Shown: one piece after another, positions 1 to 10,768 of the stretch
Layout: every line of letters starts with the position of its first letter
Position numbering within the stretch: the stretch's first letter is position 1
Assembly: GCA_963751455.1 (NCBI GenBank)
Contig: CAVVUN010000002.1
Span: forward strand, 480,001 to 544,000
Source: Nitrospirota bacterium
GTDB lineage: Bacteria > Nitrospirota > UBA9217
Direction of reading: 5' to 3'
DNA: 64,000 nt
Position numbers and translations under genes: made by a program
Notes under the pieces: generated by a model
The model's database searches: none
Told to the model about the DNA's origin: nothing
The model's input: only the letters and a program-made list of their open reading frames with translations

Positions 1-687
1 ATGGCCCAGCAGGTGATGGACAGCCTCATAAAGCATAAAAAAGTCGTACGCGGCTGGCTCGGGGTAAGTATCCAGGAAGTCACCTCGGACCTTGCCGAAG
101 AATTCGGCGTCAAGGATCTTAAAGGCGCCCTTGTGAGCGGCGTCATGAAAGGAAGTCCGGCCGAAAAGGCTGGCATACGGCAGGGCGATGTCATCCTGCA
201 GTATAACGGCAGGGTTGTTGAAGATACCGGCCATCTCAGGAACATGGTTTCCCAGACAGCGCTCGGTACTACCGTAAAAGTGAAGCTGCTCCATCAGAAA
301 AAGGAGATTGAGACCGACGTTGTGATTGCCGAGCTCCCGAAAAAAATCGCAGAAGCGGGCGCCCAGACGGAGGAAGAGCCGGTCTCGGAGGATGAAAGTA
401 CATCGCTGACGGGGATGTCGGTGCGGGCGCTGACGCCCGATGTCGCGAAGCACCTCGGGATCAGCGAAACTGAAAAAGGGGTCGTCGTAGTCAAGATCGA
501 TCCGGAAAGCAGAATCTACGAGGCCGGGATCAGGCAGGGCGACATAATCCTGCAAATCAATCAAAAGAACATAGCGTCCCTCGAAGACTATCGAAAAGCG
601 GCGTCCACGATCCGCGCAAAAGACAGATTACTCCTTCTCATACGCAGAAAAGGCGAGGACCTGTTCGTTACGGTGAGGCCGCAATAA
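1..687 (+). CDS. DegP/DegQ-family serine protease, C-terminal part (two PDZ domains), truncated by window edge
   Basis: VVRGWLGVSIQ...GSPAEKAGIRQGDVI and a second PDZ (AGIRQGDIILQIN), typical HtrA C-terminus. Confidence 0.9.
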   Translation: MAQQVMDSLIKHKKVVRGWLGVSIQEVTSDLAEEFGVKDLKGALVSGVMKGSPAEKAGIRQGDVILQYNGRVVEDTGHLRNMVSQTALGTTVKVKLLHQKKEIETDVVIAELPKKIAEAGAQTEEEPVSEDESTSLTGMSVRALTPDVAKHLGISETEKGVVVVKIDPESRIYEAGIRQGDIILQINQKNIASLEDYRKAASTIRAKDRLLLLIRRKGEDLFVTVRPQ

Positions 688-780
688 TTTCTCCTTTTCC
701 GGACGAGCTTTTTTCTGCGAAAAACGGATAATCTCAACAGCAGTGCTCGCAGTACATTCTATAACAAGGAGGTGAGACAG

Positions 781-1800
781 ATGGGACTTATTCTTATTCG
801 TATTTTATTCATTTGTTTAAGCATGCTGCTCGGATACTATGTATCAACGCAGCTTTACGACCAGGTCACAAAAATGGAAGGTATGATCATCGGCTTCGCG
901 GTTTCCGTCCTCATTATTGTAACCGAATTTCTGTTCAGACGTGTGTCTTTAAAAGTCATTGTTGGCGGTATTCTCGGCTTTATCCTCGGTTTGATGTCCG
1001 CAAACATTATTGCCGCGCCCTTGAAGCTTGTGCCGCTCGAGCGCAGCATCGTTAACTTCATTCTTCTGCTTATGAACGGTTTCTTCGGTTATATCGGCAT
1101 TATGATCGGAATCAGGGAAGGCGAGCGATTCAATCCGTCCAACATCAAGAAGCTTTTCAAGAGCGGCGCCGAAGAGAACATCAAGATCATGGACACGAGC
1201 GTTATCATCGACGGAAGGATCGCCGACGTTTGCGAGACAGAATTTCTCGACGGCACCATAATCATTCCGCAGTTCATCCTGCATGAATTGCAGCATATCG
1301 CCGACTCTTCCGATTCACTGAAGCGGGCGAGGGGAAGGCGGGGTCTCGACATTCTGCACCGTATTCAAAAAATGAGCCATATGGAGGTGCGTATCGTCGA
1401 AGAGGACTTTCCCAAGATCCGGGACGTCGACAGCAAACTGATAGCGCTTGGCAAAAAAATGGGCGCGAAGGTCATTACGAACGATTTCAACCTCAATAAG
1501 GTAGCGGAGCTCCAGGGCGTCAAAGTGCTGAACATCAACGACTTGTCGAATGCGGTGAAGCCAGTCGCCCTTCCCGGCGAAAGCATGCGCGTATTTGTCC
1601 TGAAGGAAGGCAAGGAACCGGGTCAGGGGGTGGCATACCTGGATGACGGGACCATGATCGTGGTGGAGAACGGGCGTAAATATATCAACAAGAACGTTGA
1701 CGTGGCGGTTACGAGCGTTCTTCAGACGGCCGCCGGCCGGATGATTTTTACAAAACTCAAGGAAGACATGGAGCATGATTTGCAGACGGCGGAACGGTGA
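781..1800 (+). CDS. PIN/TRAM domain membrane protein (YacL family)
   Basis: N-terminal TM helices, [13 protein letters not shown] motif, [18 protein letters not shown]; RBS AAGGAGG before ATG 781. Confidence 0.9.
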   Translation: MGLILIRILFICLSMLLGYYVSTQLYDQVTKMEGMIIGFAVSVLIIVTEFLFRRVSLKVIVGGILGFILGLMSANIIAAPLKLVPLERSIVNFILLLMNGFFGYIGIMIGIREGERFNPSNIKKLFKSGAEENIKIMDTSVIIDGRIADVCETEFLDGTIIIPQFILHELQHIADSSDSLKRARGRRGLDILHRIQKMSHMEVRIVEEDFPKIRDVDSKLIALGKKMGAKVITNDFNLNKVAELQGVKVLNINDLSNAVKPVALPGESMRVFVLKEGKEPGQGVAYLDDGTMIVVENGRKYINKNVDVAVTSVLQTAAGRMIFTKLKEDMEHDLQTAER

Positions 1801-1919
1801 GCGACACCCATGTCAAATTTCAAATTGCAAAGTGAAAATTTACAAAAACACGCGCGGTTTTAATTACATTTTGATATTTGCAATTTGCATTTTGCAATTA
1901 TTATTTACTAGGAGGATCG

Positions 1920-2666
1920 ATGTCAGGTCATTCAAAATGGGCAACAACAAAACATAAAAAGGCAGCTACTGATGCAAAACGCGGAAAGATCTTTACCAAA
2001 ATCGGGAAAGAGATCGCGGTAGCCGCGAAACTCGGCGGCGGCGATCCCGGTGGAAATCCGCGGCTCAGAACGGCCGTCGCAAAGGCAAAGTCGGTAAGCA
2101 TGCCCGCTGAAAATATCAAGCGGGCGATCCAGAAAGGCACAGGCGAACTTCCGGGTGTTTCTTACGAGGAAATCATGTATGAGGGCTATGGCACCGGCGG
2201 CGTCGCGGTTCTCGTGGAGGTCCTGACGGACAATCGCAACAGGACCGTATCCGAGATACGGAATATTTTCAGCAAGAGCGGCGGAAACATGGGTGAAGCA
2301 GGGTGTGTTGCATGGATGTTCCATAAAAAGGGATACATCGTGGTGAACCGGGTGAAAGTGGACGAGGACAAGCTGATGACTCTCGCACTGGATGCCGGTG
2401 CAGAAGACATGCAGACCGAAGATGAAAACTTTGTGATTACTACCCCGCCGAACGATTTTGAGAAGGTAAAAAAAGCTCTCGAGGACGCGGGTATGTCGCT
2501 GGAGGTCTCCGAAATCACCATGGTGCCGCAGACCTATGTCAAACTAGACGGCAAGGAAGCCCAGCAGATGCTTCGTCTGGTGGAAAACCTTGAAGACAAC
2601 GACGACGTCCAAAACGTGTACGCCAACTTCGACATCCCGGAGGAAATACTGAGCGCTGCGGTGTAG
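1920..2666 (+). CDS. yebC: YebC/PmpR family protein
   Basis: [30 protein letters not shown]; RBS GGAGG. Confidence 0.95.
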   Translation: MSGHSKWATTKHKKAATDAKRGKIFTKIGKEIAVAAKLGGGDPGGNPRLRTAVAKAKSVSMPAENIKRAIQKGTGELPGVSYEEIMYEGYGTGGVAVLVEVLTDNRNRTVSEIRNIFSKSGGNMGEAGCVAWMFHKKGYIVVNRVKVDEDKLMTLALDAGAEDMQTEDENFVITTPPNDFEKVKKALEDAGMSLEVSEITMVPQTYVKLDGKEAQQMLRLVENLEDNDDVQNVYANFDIPEEILSAAV

Positions 2667-2795
2667 TCGCGTGCGCCCTGCACGAATGAAAATTGGAAAT
2701 TTCAAATTGAGAATTGAAAATTGCAGGGTTCTTCCGTTTCCAATTCTCAATTTGCGCACTTATAATGTTTTTCTGTTTACCGGGGGGAGGATCGT

Positions 2796-3356
2796 ATGAG
2801 GGTTCTGGGTGTTGATCCGGGTACGCTCACGAGCGGATACGGGATTGTTGCCGAGGAGGACCATAAGCTTTTTCATGTAGCGTCAGGCGGCATCAGCCCC
2901 TCCGCGAAGCAGCCCTTTCCCAAGCGCCTAAAAAAAATTTACGAAGAACTCGAGAAAATTATCGACAAGTACCGGCCGCATGTCGTGGTCGTGGAGGACC
3001 TTTTTGTTTCGAAAAACATAAAATCCGCGCTCAAACTCGGGCATGCCAGGGGCGTCGTCATTCTTGCAGCAATGAACGCCGGATTGCCCGTGTTTGAATA
3101 TGCTCCGCTTGAAGTAAAGCAGGCCGTCGTGGGACATGGAAAAGCCGATAAAAAACAGGTGCAGTTGATGGTCAAAGCGCTGCTGGACCTTTCCAAAGTT
3201 CCCCATCCGGCAGATGCGGCTGACGCCCTTGCCGCTGCAATCTGCCACATAAACTCCTGCCGGATGAGAGAGGTGCTCAAGAATTCTTCTTCACTGCGGC
3301 AACCGGGAAGAAGCAGCGGTTTTGTGAGATCGAACACGGCAAGCAGGCTGAAATGA
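2796..3356 (+). CDS. ruvC: Holliday junction resolvase RuvC
   Basis: LGVDPG, GHARGV, DAADALAAAICH. Confidence 0.95.
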   Translation: MRVLGVDPGTLTSGYGIVAEEDHKLFHVASGGISPSAKQPFPKRLKKIYEELEKIIDKYRPHVVVVEDLFVSKNIKSALKLGHARGVVILAAMNAGLPVFEYAPLEVKQAVVGHGKADKKQVQLMVKALLDLSKVPHPADAADALAAAICHINSCRMREVLKNSSSLRQPGRSSGFVRSNTASRLK

Positions 3357-3953
3357 TCGCTTTTTTGAGCGGCACGCTGAGGCGAAAGGCAACCGACCAG
3401 CTCGTTGTCGACGTCAACGGCGTCGGCTACCAGGTTCACATTCCCCTTTCCACGTATTGTACCATTCCCGAAACCGGTGAAGAAGTGTGTCTTCACATCC
3501 ATACTCACGTGCGGGAAGATTCCCTCTCGCTCTTCGGTTTTTTAACACAGGCAGAAAAAAGAGATGTTTCTGCTTCTGATGGGCGTTTCCGGCATAGGGC
3601 CGAAGCTAGCGCTTGCCGTGCTCTCGAGCATTCCGGTGGAAGATCTTTGCAGCGCAATACATTCTGCGGACGATACACGATTGTGCGCAATCCCGGGTAT
3701 TGGTAAAAAAACCGCCGCCCGCATGGTCCTCGAATTAAAAGACAAAATCAAACAGGCGCTTATCCGAGACACCGGAACGCAGACTACGGCCGAAGCGCCG
3801 GATGCGCTCGATGACGTTGTATCCGCTCTGGTGAACCTCGGCTATAAGAAGCCGCAGGCCGAGGAGACCGTCAGAAAAATACAAAGGGGCAGTCCCAATA
3901 TCGCCGTAGAGGAAATGCTCCGACACGCCCTTTCAATTTTGACGAAAAGATAG
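3353..3953 (+). pseudogene. ruvA: RuvA split by a +1 frameshift in an A run near 3555-3560 (probable sequencing error)
   Basis: Frame 1 MIAFLSG...VREDSLSLFGFL continues in frame 2 as MFLLLMGVSGIGPKLAL...ALVNLGY; removing one A from GCAGAAAAAAGAGATG restores the frame. Confidence 0.9.
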
Positions 3954-4094
3954 GAACGAGCCGACCGTGTCGCCGTGAAGATGGCAACACCCTGCATCGC
4001 AGGGTGAAGCATAGACCCGTTGTCGTACCCTTTCGCTTAGATACACGAAAGGGGAATCAATGACAAGACAGGAATCAGGGGTAACAAAATATTT

Positions 4095-5115
4095 ATGCCC
4101 GAGCGTATCATAGAACCCGAACAGAATGGCGAAGACGCTAAATTCGACCGGAGCCTCAGGCCGCGCCGTTTTGAAGATTTTGTCGGGCAGGAACAGGATT
4201 AAGGAGAATCTGCGAGTTTATATCAATGCCGCGAAAGGACGGGGCGAAGCCCTCGATCATGTCCTATTTTGCGGACCGCCGGGTCTCGGCAAAACGACGC
4301 TTGCAAACATAATCGCTAACGAACTTGGGGTGGCCATCAAGGCGACATCGGGCCCTGTCCTGGAACGGGCCGGCGACCTGGCCGCAATTCTTACGAATCT
4401 TCAGGAACACGACGTCTTTTTTATCGACGAAATCCATCGGTTGAACAGGGTCGTAGAGGAGATCCTTTACCCGGCAATGGAGGATTTTCAACTCGATATC
4501 ATGATCGGCCAGGGACCGGGCGCCCGCTCCATAAAACTCGATCTCCCGCGCTTCACGCTCGTGGGCGCGACTACAAGAACCGGCCTCCTCACTTCTCCGC
4601 TTCGCGATCGCTTCGGCGTGATCGATCGCCTGAATTTCTATTCCCCTCCGGAGTTAAGGACGATTGTTGAGCGCTCCGCGGAGCTGATGAAAACTTCGAT
4701 AACCGGCGACGCGGCAGCGGAAATTGCATGCCGGTCCAGAGGGACCCCCAGGATCGTGAACCGCCTTCTGCGCAGAGTAAGGGATTTTGCCCAGGTGCAG
4801 GGGGATGGCACGATTACCCGCCCTGTTGTAGTGTCTGCCATGCAGAGACTCGAGGTGGATGAGCGGGGATTCGATGCCATGGATCGAAGGCTCCTCCTCC
4901 TCATCATCGATAAATTTGAAGGAGGGCCAGTGGGACTGGAGACGCTGGCTGCTGCGCTCAACGAGGAGAAGGACACGCTCGAAGACGTATACGAACCTTA
5001 TCTTATCCAGGAAGGGTTCCTGGACCGTACCCCGCGTGGCAGGCAGACGACCAGAACCGCGTATGAGTACTTCGGCAGAAAGAAATCGGAATTAACGCAA
5101 AAAAAATTATTATAG
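4095..5115 (+). pseudogene. ruvB: RuvB with a +1 frameshift near 4190-4200 (probable sequencing error)
   Basis: ATG 4095 gives [33 protein letters not shown] (canonical RuvB N-terminus) then a stop; the body ([20 protein letters not shown]) is in the next frame. Confidence 0.9.
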
Positions 5116-5135
5116 TCCATTTGCGTGATCAAAAG

Positions 5136-5669
5136 ATGAAGATTTTTTTTCACATATGCTGTGCTCCATGCGCCCTCTACCCCTTCTACAGGCTCAAGGA
5201 GGACGGTATGGAGCCTGCCGGGTATTTCTATAATCCCAATATTCACCCTTATCTCGAATATAAAAAACGGCTCGATACGGTAAAGGAATTCTCGCATCGC
5301 GTGGGACTGGACGTGGTATACCGGGACGGTTATGACCTCGATGAATTTCTAAGCCGTGTGGCGGGCACCGGGGCCAGGCGATGTGAGCATTGTTACCGTA
5401 TGCGAATTGCGGCTGTAACGGCGGCTGCGAAGGAAAACGGGTTCCGTTTGTTTACGACCTCCCTGTTGTACAGCAAATATCAGAAGCATGACCTCGTCAA
5501 GGAGATCGCACGAGAGATGGCGAGCGAGCATGGGGTCGAATTTTATTATGAGGACTTCCGCCTGGGTTGGCGGGAAGGCATCGTGGAGTCGAAGGCCATG
5601 GGGCTGTACCGTCAACAGTACTGCGGCTGCATTTACAGTGAGCGCGAACGATACCGGGCGAAGAAGTGA
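5136..5669 (+). CDS. queH: Epoxyqueuosine reductase QueH (DUF208)
   Basis: HICCAPC, FYNPNIHP, RCEHCY, LYRQQYCGC. Confidence 0.9.
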   Translation: MKIFFHICCAPCALYPFYRLKEDGMEPAGYFYNPNIHPYLEYKKRLDTVKEFSHRVGLDVVYRDGYDLDEFLSRVAGTGARRCEHCYRMRIAAVTAAAKENGFRLFTTSLLYSKYQKHDLVKEIAREMASEHGVEFYYEDFRLGWREGIVESKAMGLYRQQYCGCIYSERERYRAKK

Positions 5670-5760
5670 GAAAGAAGCCAGGCAGCATGCCGCCCACGAT
5701 ATGTTTCAATTAACTAAAAAAAGTTTCACCGCGGGGCCCGCTTTCCCGACCAGTTACAAA

Positions 5761-6852
5761 ATGAAGTTTCCTCTTGTACTGGCATACACCCTCATTTTTT
5801 CCGCAGCATCGGCCTCTGCATCTGAAATCATCCGTGTCGCTGTTTTGGACAACCAGAGCTCTGTGACGATCAAGGCCGCAGGCGGTTTGAGACCGGAGGA
5901 TGCGGTACCCGGAAAGGAATCAAAAAGGACGGTCTTCACGTCCGCGCTCGTCGGCAGTCGGCCGGTAAGAGTGCTGCCAGAGGGACAATATATTCAGGTG
6001 AACGGCAAGAGCTATCGCGGCCTCATAGAGATCAGAAAGAAAAAAAACGATCTGCTTCTTATTGTAAATGAACTCGATATCGAAGATTACCTCAGGGGAG
6101 TTGTCGCATCTGAAGTGCCCTATGACTGGGAATTTGAGGCGCTGAAGGCCCAGGCTGTTGCTTCACGAACGTTTGCCCTGTATCAAAAAAGAATGACACG
6201 GGCAAAACCGTATCACATCGTTGCCTCTGTAAACGGCCAGGTGTACGACGGCAGGAACTCGGAACGGGAACAAGCGGTGAAAGCAGTCAAGGAAACCGAA
6301 GGGGTCATAGTTGCCTACAAGGGAGAAGCTGCGGCCGCCTTTTATCACTCAAGCTGCGGAGGCCATACTGAAAACGCGATGGAGCTCTGGGGCATCAACG
6401 AGCCCTATCTCCAGGGTGTTAACTGCGATTGTCAGGAAATCTCCCGCTATGGAACGTGGGAAAAAAGGATCGGTCTCCCCGTGATTTCGGCCGCTTTGGA
6501 ACGGCAGGGATATCGAATGAAGAACGCTTCCAATGTGCGCATCAACGGCATAACGCCGGCCGGCCGTGTAAAACTGGTCTCGATCCGTACGTCAGAAGGA
6601 AACGTGAACGTGCCGGCCGAAAAATTCCGGGCTGCGCTCGGCTATGCCTCGATTCCAAGCGTTTTTTTTGAAGCAGAGACTTCCGGAAATGAAGTCGTTA
6701 TTTCCGGCAGGGGGCTGGGGCACGGAGTGGGTATGTGCCAGTGGGGGGCCCGCCAGATGGCGCAGCGGGGCAGCGATTTCAAGGCAATTCTCGCTCACTA
6801 TTATCCCGGGACCACAGTATCGAAATCGAACGCCAAATCGAGCCGGCATTAA
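5761..6852 (+). CDS. SpoIID/LytB domain protein
   Basis: Signal peptide; YLRGVVASE, EALKAQAVASRT, GHGVGMCQWGA. Confidence 0.9.
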   Translation: MKFPLVLAYTLIFSAASASASEIIRVAVLDNQSSVTIKAAGGLRPEDAVPGKESKRTVFTSALVGSRPVRVLPEGQYIQVNGKSYRGLIEIRKKKNDLLLIVNELDIEDYLRGVVASEVPYDWEFEALKAQAVASRTFALYQKRMTRAKPYHIVASVNGQVYDGRNSEREQAVKAVKETEGVIVAYKGEAAAAFYHSSCGGHTENAMELWGINEPYLQGVNCDCQEISRYGTWEKRIGLPVISAALERQGYRMKNASNVRINGITPAGRVKLVSIRTSEGNVNVPAEKFRAALGYASIPSVFFEAETSGNEVVISGRGLGHGVGMCQWGARQMAQRGSDFKAILAHYYPGTTVSKSNAKSSRH

Positions 6853-6897
6853 AATCATTTCTTGACCTGAGAATGCAAACAGAATAAAATACCCGCC

Positions 6898-7653
6898 ATG
6901 CAGAAAAATATCCAGAAAAATATCAGGACCATTATTACCGTGCTTGTGGCTGTCGTAATAGCGGCCGGCCTTCTTGTTGCGACGTATACGAGAAACAGGG
7001 TTTATAAGACCCCGGTTACTTTGTGGGAGGATGCATCGTCGAAATCGGCGATGAAAAGAAGAACCCATGAGAATTACGGACAGGCATTGTCAACGGCGGG
7101 ATTTTATCCGGAAGCATTGCGCCAATTTGAAACGGTCCTTGCTCTCAAGGATGACGGAAGCGTTCCGATGCGGGACCTGTACCGCGAAATGGGTGTCGTT
7201 TTTTTCCGGATGGGGCTCTTTGACGATTCCATCAGCGCATGGGAGACCGGACTTCGGCATGCTCCGTCCGACCCGAGCATCCTGAACAATCTCTCGGTTG
7301 TTTTTATTAAGAAAGGTCGAATCGATGAAGCCGAGGCGGTAGTGCGACAGGCGCTTTCGGTGGCGCCATATATGCCTCACCTCCTGAACACGCTCGGCGA
7401 AATACTCATGAGCAAGGGAAAGTTCGAGGAAGCCCTCCAGAGTTTTCTCGCAGCCATTCAACAAAGCCCGGATGTTGCGGCCCGGTACTGGAATGCGGCG
7501 ATTGCTTTTGAAAGAACCGGCAAGTACGACATGGCGTATCAATATGCAAATCAGTACGCAGCCATGGAACCTGACCCGGGACTTCGCCAGAACGCATTGG
7601 GTTTAATGGAAGCACTCCAAAAACAACATTTGTCAAAGAAACCCGCGCCGTAG
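6898..7653 (+). CDS. Tetratricopeptide repeat protein with N-terminal membrane anchor
   Basis: TM helix followed by repeated TPR-like helices (NNLSVVF, NTLGEIL). Confidence 0.75.
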   Translation: MQKNIQKNIRTIITVLVAVVIAAGLLVATYTRNRVYKTPVTLWEDASSKSAMKRRTHENYGQALSTAGFYPEALRQFETVLALKDDGSVPMRDLYREMGVVFFRMGLFDDSISAWETGLRHAPSDPSILNNLSVVFIKKGRIDEAEAVVRQALSVAPYMPHLLNTLGEILMSKGKFEEALQSFLAAIQQSPDVAARYWNAAIAFERTGKYDMAYQYANQYAAMEPDPGLRQNALGLMEALQKQHLSKKPAP

Positions 7654-7716
7654 TACCCGAAAAAATTCCCGCATCAGATTCTTTTCACGTAAACGCTTCC
7701 TTTTTTTCCCTTCCCA

Positions 7717-8592
7717 TTATTCCCTTTGCCTCGGGTCCAGAGCATCACGAATGCCTTCGCCGAGCAGGTTGTAACCGAGTACGGTGAGCAGGATGGCGAG
7801 CCCCGGAAAAGCAGAAAGCCACCATGCAATCTCAATATTGTCCTTCCCCGATGAAAGAAGACTCCCCCAACTGGGCGTGGGCGGCTGAACGCCGAGACCA
7901 AGGAAGCTCAACGCAGATTCAACCAGGATTGCGGCGCCGATGCCCATTGTGGCTGAAACGAGAATCGGCGACAGGCCGTTCGGCAAGATATGGCGGAGCA
8001 TGATCCGGTTGTCCGGAGCGCCTATGGCGCGTGCCGCCAGAACGAACTCGCGTTCCTTGATAGAAATGAATTCGGCGCGAATGAGGCGTGCCGGTTCCAT
8101 CCAGCTTGTAAGACCGATCACGATCATAATATTGATGATGTTCGGTTCGAGGATTGCGATCACGGCCAGGACGAGGAAGATCGTCGGTATGCTTAACATA
8201 ATGTCGACGCTTCGCATGATGATGCTGTCGACCCAGCTGCCGTAGTAACCGGCCAGTGAGCCCAGCAGAACGCCGATGATTGTGGCAATACCGACTGCGA
8301 CAAACCCGACCTTGAGGGAGACCCTGCCTCCCCACAGCATGCGTGAAAGGACGTCTCGTCCGAGGTCATCTGTGCCGAGCGGGTGGGAGAAACTGGGACC
8401 GACCAGGATGTTGCTGATATCGATCGTGGAGGGGTTATGGGGCGCTATAAAGGGCGCAAAAATGGACAGAATGAAAACGAGCAACACCAGGATGCCGCCC
8501 AGCATTGCCAAGCGGTTCTTAATAAGATAATGAAAGGTCTGGTATGTGAAGGATTCGCTGCTTTTTTTTCCTGATTTATCCTGCATACCCAT
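7717..8592 (-). CDS. Peptide ABC transporter permease (DppC/OppC family)
   Basis: HPLGTDDLGRDV, EFVLAARAIGA, LSFLGLGVQPPTPSWG. Confidence 0.92.
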   Translation of the reverse strand: MGMQDKSGKKSSESFTYQTFHYLIKNRLAMLGGILVLLVFILSIFAPFIAPHNPSTIDISNILVGPSFSHPLGTDDLGRDVLSRMLWGGRVSLKVGFVAVGIATIIGVLLGSLAGYYGSWVDSIIMRSVDIMLSIPTIFLVLAVIAILEPNIINIMIVIGLTSWMEPARLIRAEFISIKEREFVLAARAIGAPDNRIMLRHILPNGLSPILVSATMGIGAAILVESALSFLGLGVQPPTPSWGSLLSSGKDNIEIAWWLSAFPGLAILLTVLGYNLLGEGIRDALDPRQRE

Positions 8593-8601
8593 TTCCCGAA
8601 T

Positions 8602-9573
8602 TTATTTAAGCCTGACCCTGGGGTCCGTCAAGGCATACGCGATATCGGCTAGGAAGTTGCCCAGCATGGTAAGAAATGCTGCGGGCACAAGGATTCCCAT
8701 GGCCAGGTTATAGTCGCGCGAGAAGACCGCCTGGAACATCAACTGCCCCATGCCGGGTATGCCGAAAACGGTTTCCATTATCACGCTGCCGCCGATTACG
8801 CCGGGAAGCGACAAGCCCAGGACCGTGATCACCGGCATAAGGGCGTTCCGGAGCGCATGCTTGTAGACAACCGTCCTTTCCGGCAGACCTTTTGCTCTCG
8901 CTGTCCGGATGTAGTCCTGCCTCAGCACTTCCAGCATATTGTTCCTGACATACCGGGAATACCCGGCGAGGCCTCCGAAGGCCGAGACGAAGACGGGAAG
9001 GATTAGATGCTTGGTCCAATCCGATATTCTTCCCCAGAATGTGAGCCCGGTCGTATCAAGGCTTTGAATCCCGGATATCGGAAGAATGCCCCACTGCACC
9101 CCCAGCGCGTAGATGAGAAGGAGCGCCAGCCAGAATGAAGGGGTGGAAAAACCTATGAAGACGAATATCGTGGTGAACCGGTCGATCAGGGAGTATTGCC
9201 TGGTTGCGGACATAATGCCTATGGGAATGGAGATCAGGAGCACAAGCCCGAGCGAGAGGATATTAATCGTGAGCGTGATCGGGAGCCGTTCGAGTATCTT
9301 GTCCTTGACCTCACGGCCGTCCGCAAATGCAGTCCCGAAATCGAGCGTTACAAACTTCGTGAGCCAGGTGCCGTACTGTTTATAAAACGGCTGATCGGCG
9401 CCGTAGAGCTTGCGCAGCCGCTCACGGGCTTCTGCCGATGCCCGGGACGAGAATTCCATCTGCGCCTCAGCGGGACCTCCCGGAGCAAGACGCATAACAC
9501 CGAAGCTGAGGACGGTTATGCCGAAGAGAATCGGTATCATCAAAAGGGAACGTTTTATAATGTAGATCAACAT
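8602..9573 (-). CDS. Peptide ABC transporter permease (DppB/OppB family)
   Basis: [28 protein letters not shown]. Confidence 0.92.
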   Translation of the reverse strand: MLIYIIKRSLLMIPILFGITVLSFGVMRLAPGGPAEAQMEFSSRASAEARERLRKLYGADQPFYKQYGTWLTKFVTLDFGTAFADGREVKDKILERLPITLTINILSLGLVLLISIPIGIMSATRQYSLIDRFTTIFVFIGFSTPSFWLALLLIYALGVQWGILPISGIQSLDTTGLTFWGRISDWTKHLILPVFVSAFGGLAGYSRYVRNNMLEVLRQDYIRTARAKGLPERTVVYKHALRNALMPVITVLGLSLPGVIGGSVIMETVFGIPGMGQLMFQAVFSRDYNLAMGILVPAAFLTMLGNFLADIAYALTDPRVRLK

Positions 9574-9588
9574 GAGGTTGGTGCTTTA

Positions 9589-9699
9589 CCCCGTTAGAGA
9601 AAGCCGCCGACGGGTCTGCGGTTGGTGTCTTTGCATTTACGGATTGTGGCCTGAAGCCCATAATCTGTCATCCGTTAGAGAACTTGTTCTCTAACGGGG
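9589..9699. mobile_element. 111-bp MITE-like element
   Basis: TIR CCCCGTTAGAGAA...TTCTCTAACGGGG flanked on both sides by TTTA. Confidence 0.7.
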
Positions 9700-9700
9700 T

Positions 9701-9955
9701 TTATCCGGAGACCTTGTAAACAAGATCGAAGGGTTTTACGGGCTGTGAAAGCCTTATGCCGGTGAATTGGCCGCGAAGGGCCTTTTGTACCGGCTGATGG
9801 TCGAACTCCATTATTTCGATCTTCTGGGTAAAGTCGGTGTTGTTTCCCTTGACGTGAACTGTATCGCCGACTGAGAGGTCGCCGAAATCGAGCTTGACGG
9901 CGGCAATCGAGGTTTTGTCGAAGAACTTAATCACGGAACCGATCCGCTCTTCCAT
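9701..9955 (-). CDS. Small translation-elongation-factor-like beta-barrel protein
   Basis: IGSVIKFFDK...LSVGDTVHVKG...DFTQ...VYK pattern. Confidence 0.65.
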   Translation of the reverse strand: MEERIGSVIKFFDKTSIAAVKLDFGDLSVGDTVHVKGNNTDFTQKIEIMEFDHQPVQKALRGQFTGIRLSQPVKPFDLVYKVSG

Positions 9956-10184
9956 GAGGTAATGATAGTATAAAATAAAGGTTATTTCAAGCGTAAAGCA
10001 CGCCTGCAATTGGACAGACTATGATAGAACAGTTACGAAAAAAACACGATAAAAACCATATTTCTCGGACTATACCGCGCTATCCCCAAAAGCATTGTTA
10101 TCTTATGCGGAAAAGTCCGAGCGATGAAGGTTGTCTAAAAACGCGTTTCGCAGAGGAAAGCGCTGATCTGCTGTCTTTCCAGGC

Positions 10185-10213
10185 TTGACAATGCATCGGA
10201 GTCTGCGTATTAT
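10185..10213 (+). promoter_or_regulatory. sigma70 promoter of the tRNA-Pro/Arg genes
   Basis: TTGACA-17 bp-TATTAT, 22 nt upstream of tRNA-Pro. Confidence 0.8.
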
Positions 10214-10235
10214 ACGGGCTGTTTCAGAAGTTCCT

Positions 10236-10312
10236 CGGGGCGTGGCGCAGCCCGGTAGCGCGTCTGCTTTGGGAGCAGAAAGCCGGAGGTTCAAATCCTC
10301 TCGCCCCGACCA
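10236..10312 (+). tRNA. tRNA-Pro(TGG)
   Basis: Full cloverleaf, anticodon arm TCTGC-TTTGGGA-GCAGA, CCA end. Confidence 0.95.
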
Positions 10313-10404
10313 ATTCAAAAAATTGCGGATTGCAGAATGCGGATTGAGAAAAGTCTCGCAAAGAATTTAATTCGAAATCCGCAATTCGAAATCCGAAATG
10401 AAAT

Positions 10405-10481
10405 GCGCCTGTAGCTCAGGTGGATAGAGCAACAGCCTTCTAAGCTGTGGGTCAGGGGTTCGAATCCCTTCAGGCGCGCCA
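10405..10481 (+). tRNA. tRNA-Arg(TCT)
   Basis: Anticodon arm ACAGC-CTTCTAA-GCTGT, CCA end. Confidence 0.95.
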
Positions 10482-10633
10482 ATAAAATAAATTACCCGAT
10501 TGTCGCTTTAATGATAAAAAGCGCTCGGTGAAGAACCACTGACCCAAGGGGTTTCAGGGGAATTATTTCCCCTGATGTTCGGGGGAGAAACCAGAGGGGG
10601 CTGGCCCCCTCTGGGGAGCCCTTTACGGGCGAC

Positions 10634-10666
10634 GGGTCAGCGGGTTCGAATCCCTTCAGGCCGCCA
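10634..10666 (+). repeat. Degenerate direct repeat of the tRNA-Arg(TCT) 3' half
   Basis: GGGTCAGCGGGTTCGAATCCCTTCAGGCCGCCA vs tRNA GGGTCAGGGGTTCGAATCCCTTCAGGCGCGCCA. Confidence 0.85.
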
Positions 10667-10709
10667 ATTGATTGCAGATTATAGCTTGTTCAATTCCGGT
10701 TGGAAGTTG

Positions 10710-10738
10710 TTGACAAATAACAAGCATCATAATACAAT
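10710..10738 (+). promoter_or_regulatory. sigma70 promoter of the tRNA-His/Arg/Arg genes
   Basis: TTGACA-17 bp-TACAAT. Confidence 0.75.
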
Positions 10739-10768
10739 GCGTTGTTTCAACCAAGCTTAATTAAACAT

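Noticed and set aside
3545-3570. Programmed ribosomal frameshift in ruvA (AAAAAAG)
   Set aside because: That motif promotes -1 slippage, while the restoring shift needed here is +1. Similar insertions in ruvB and REC-PilZ point to errors.
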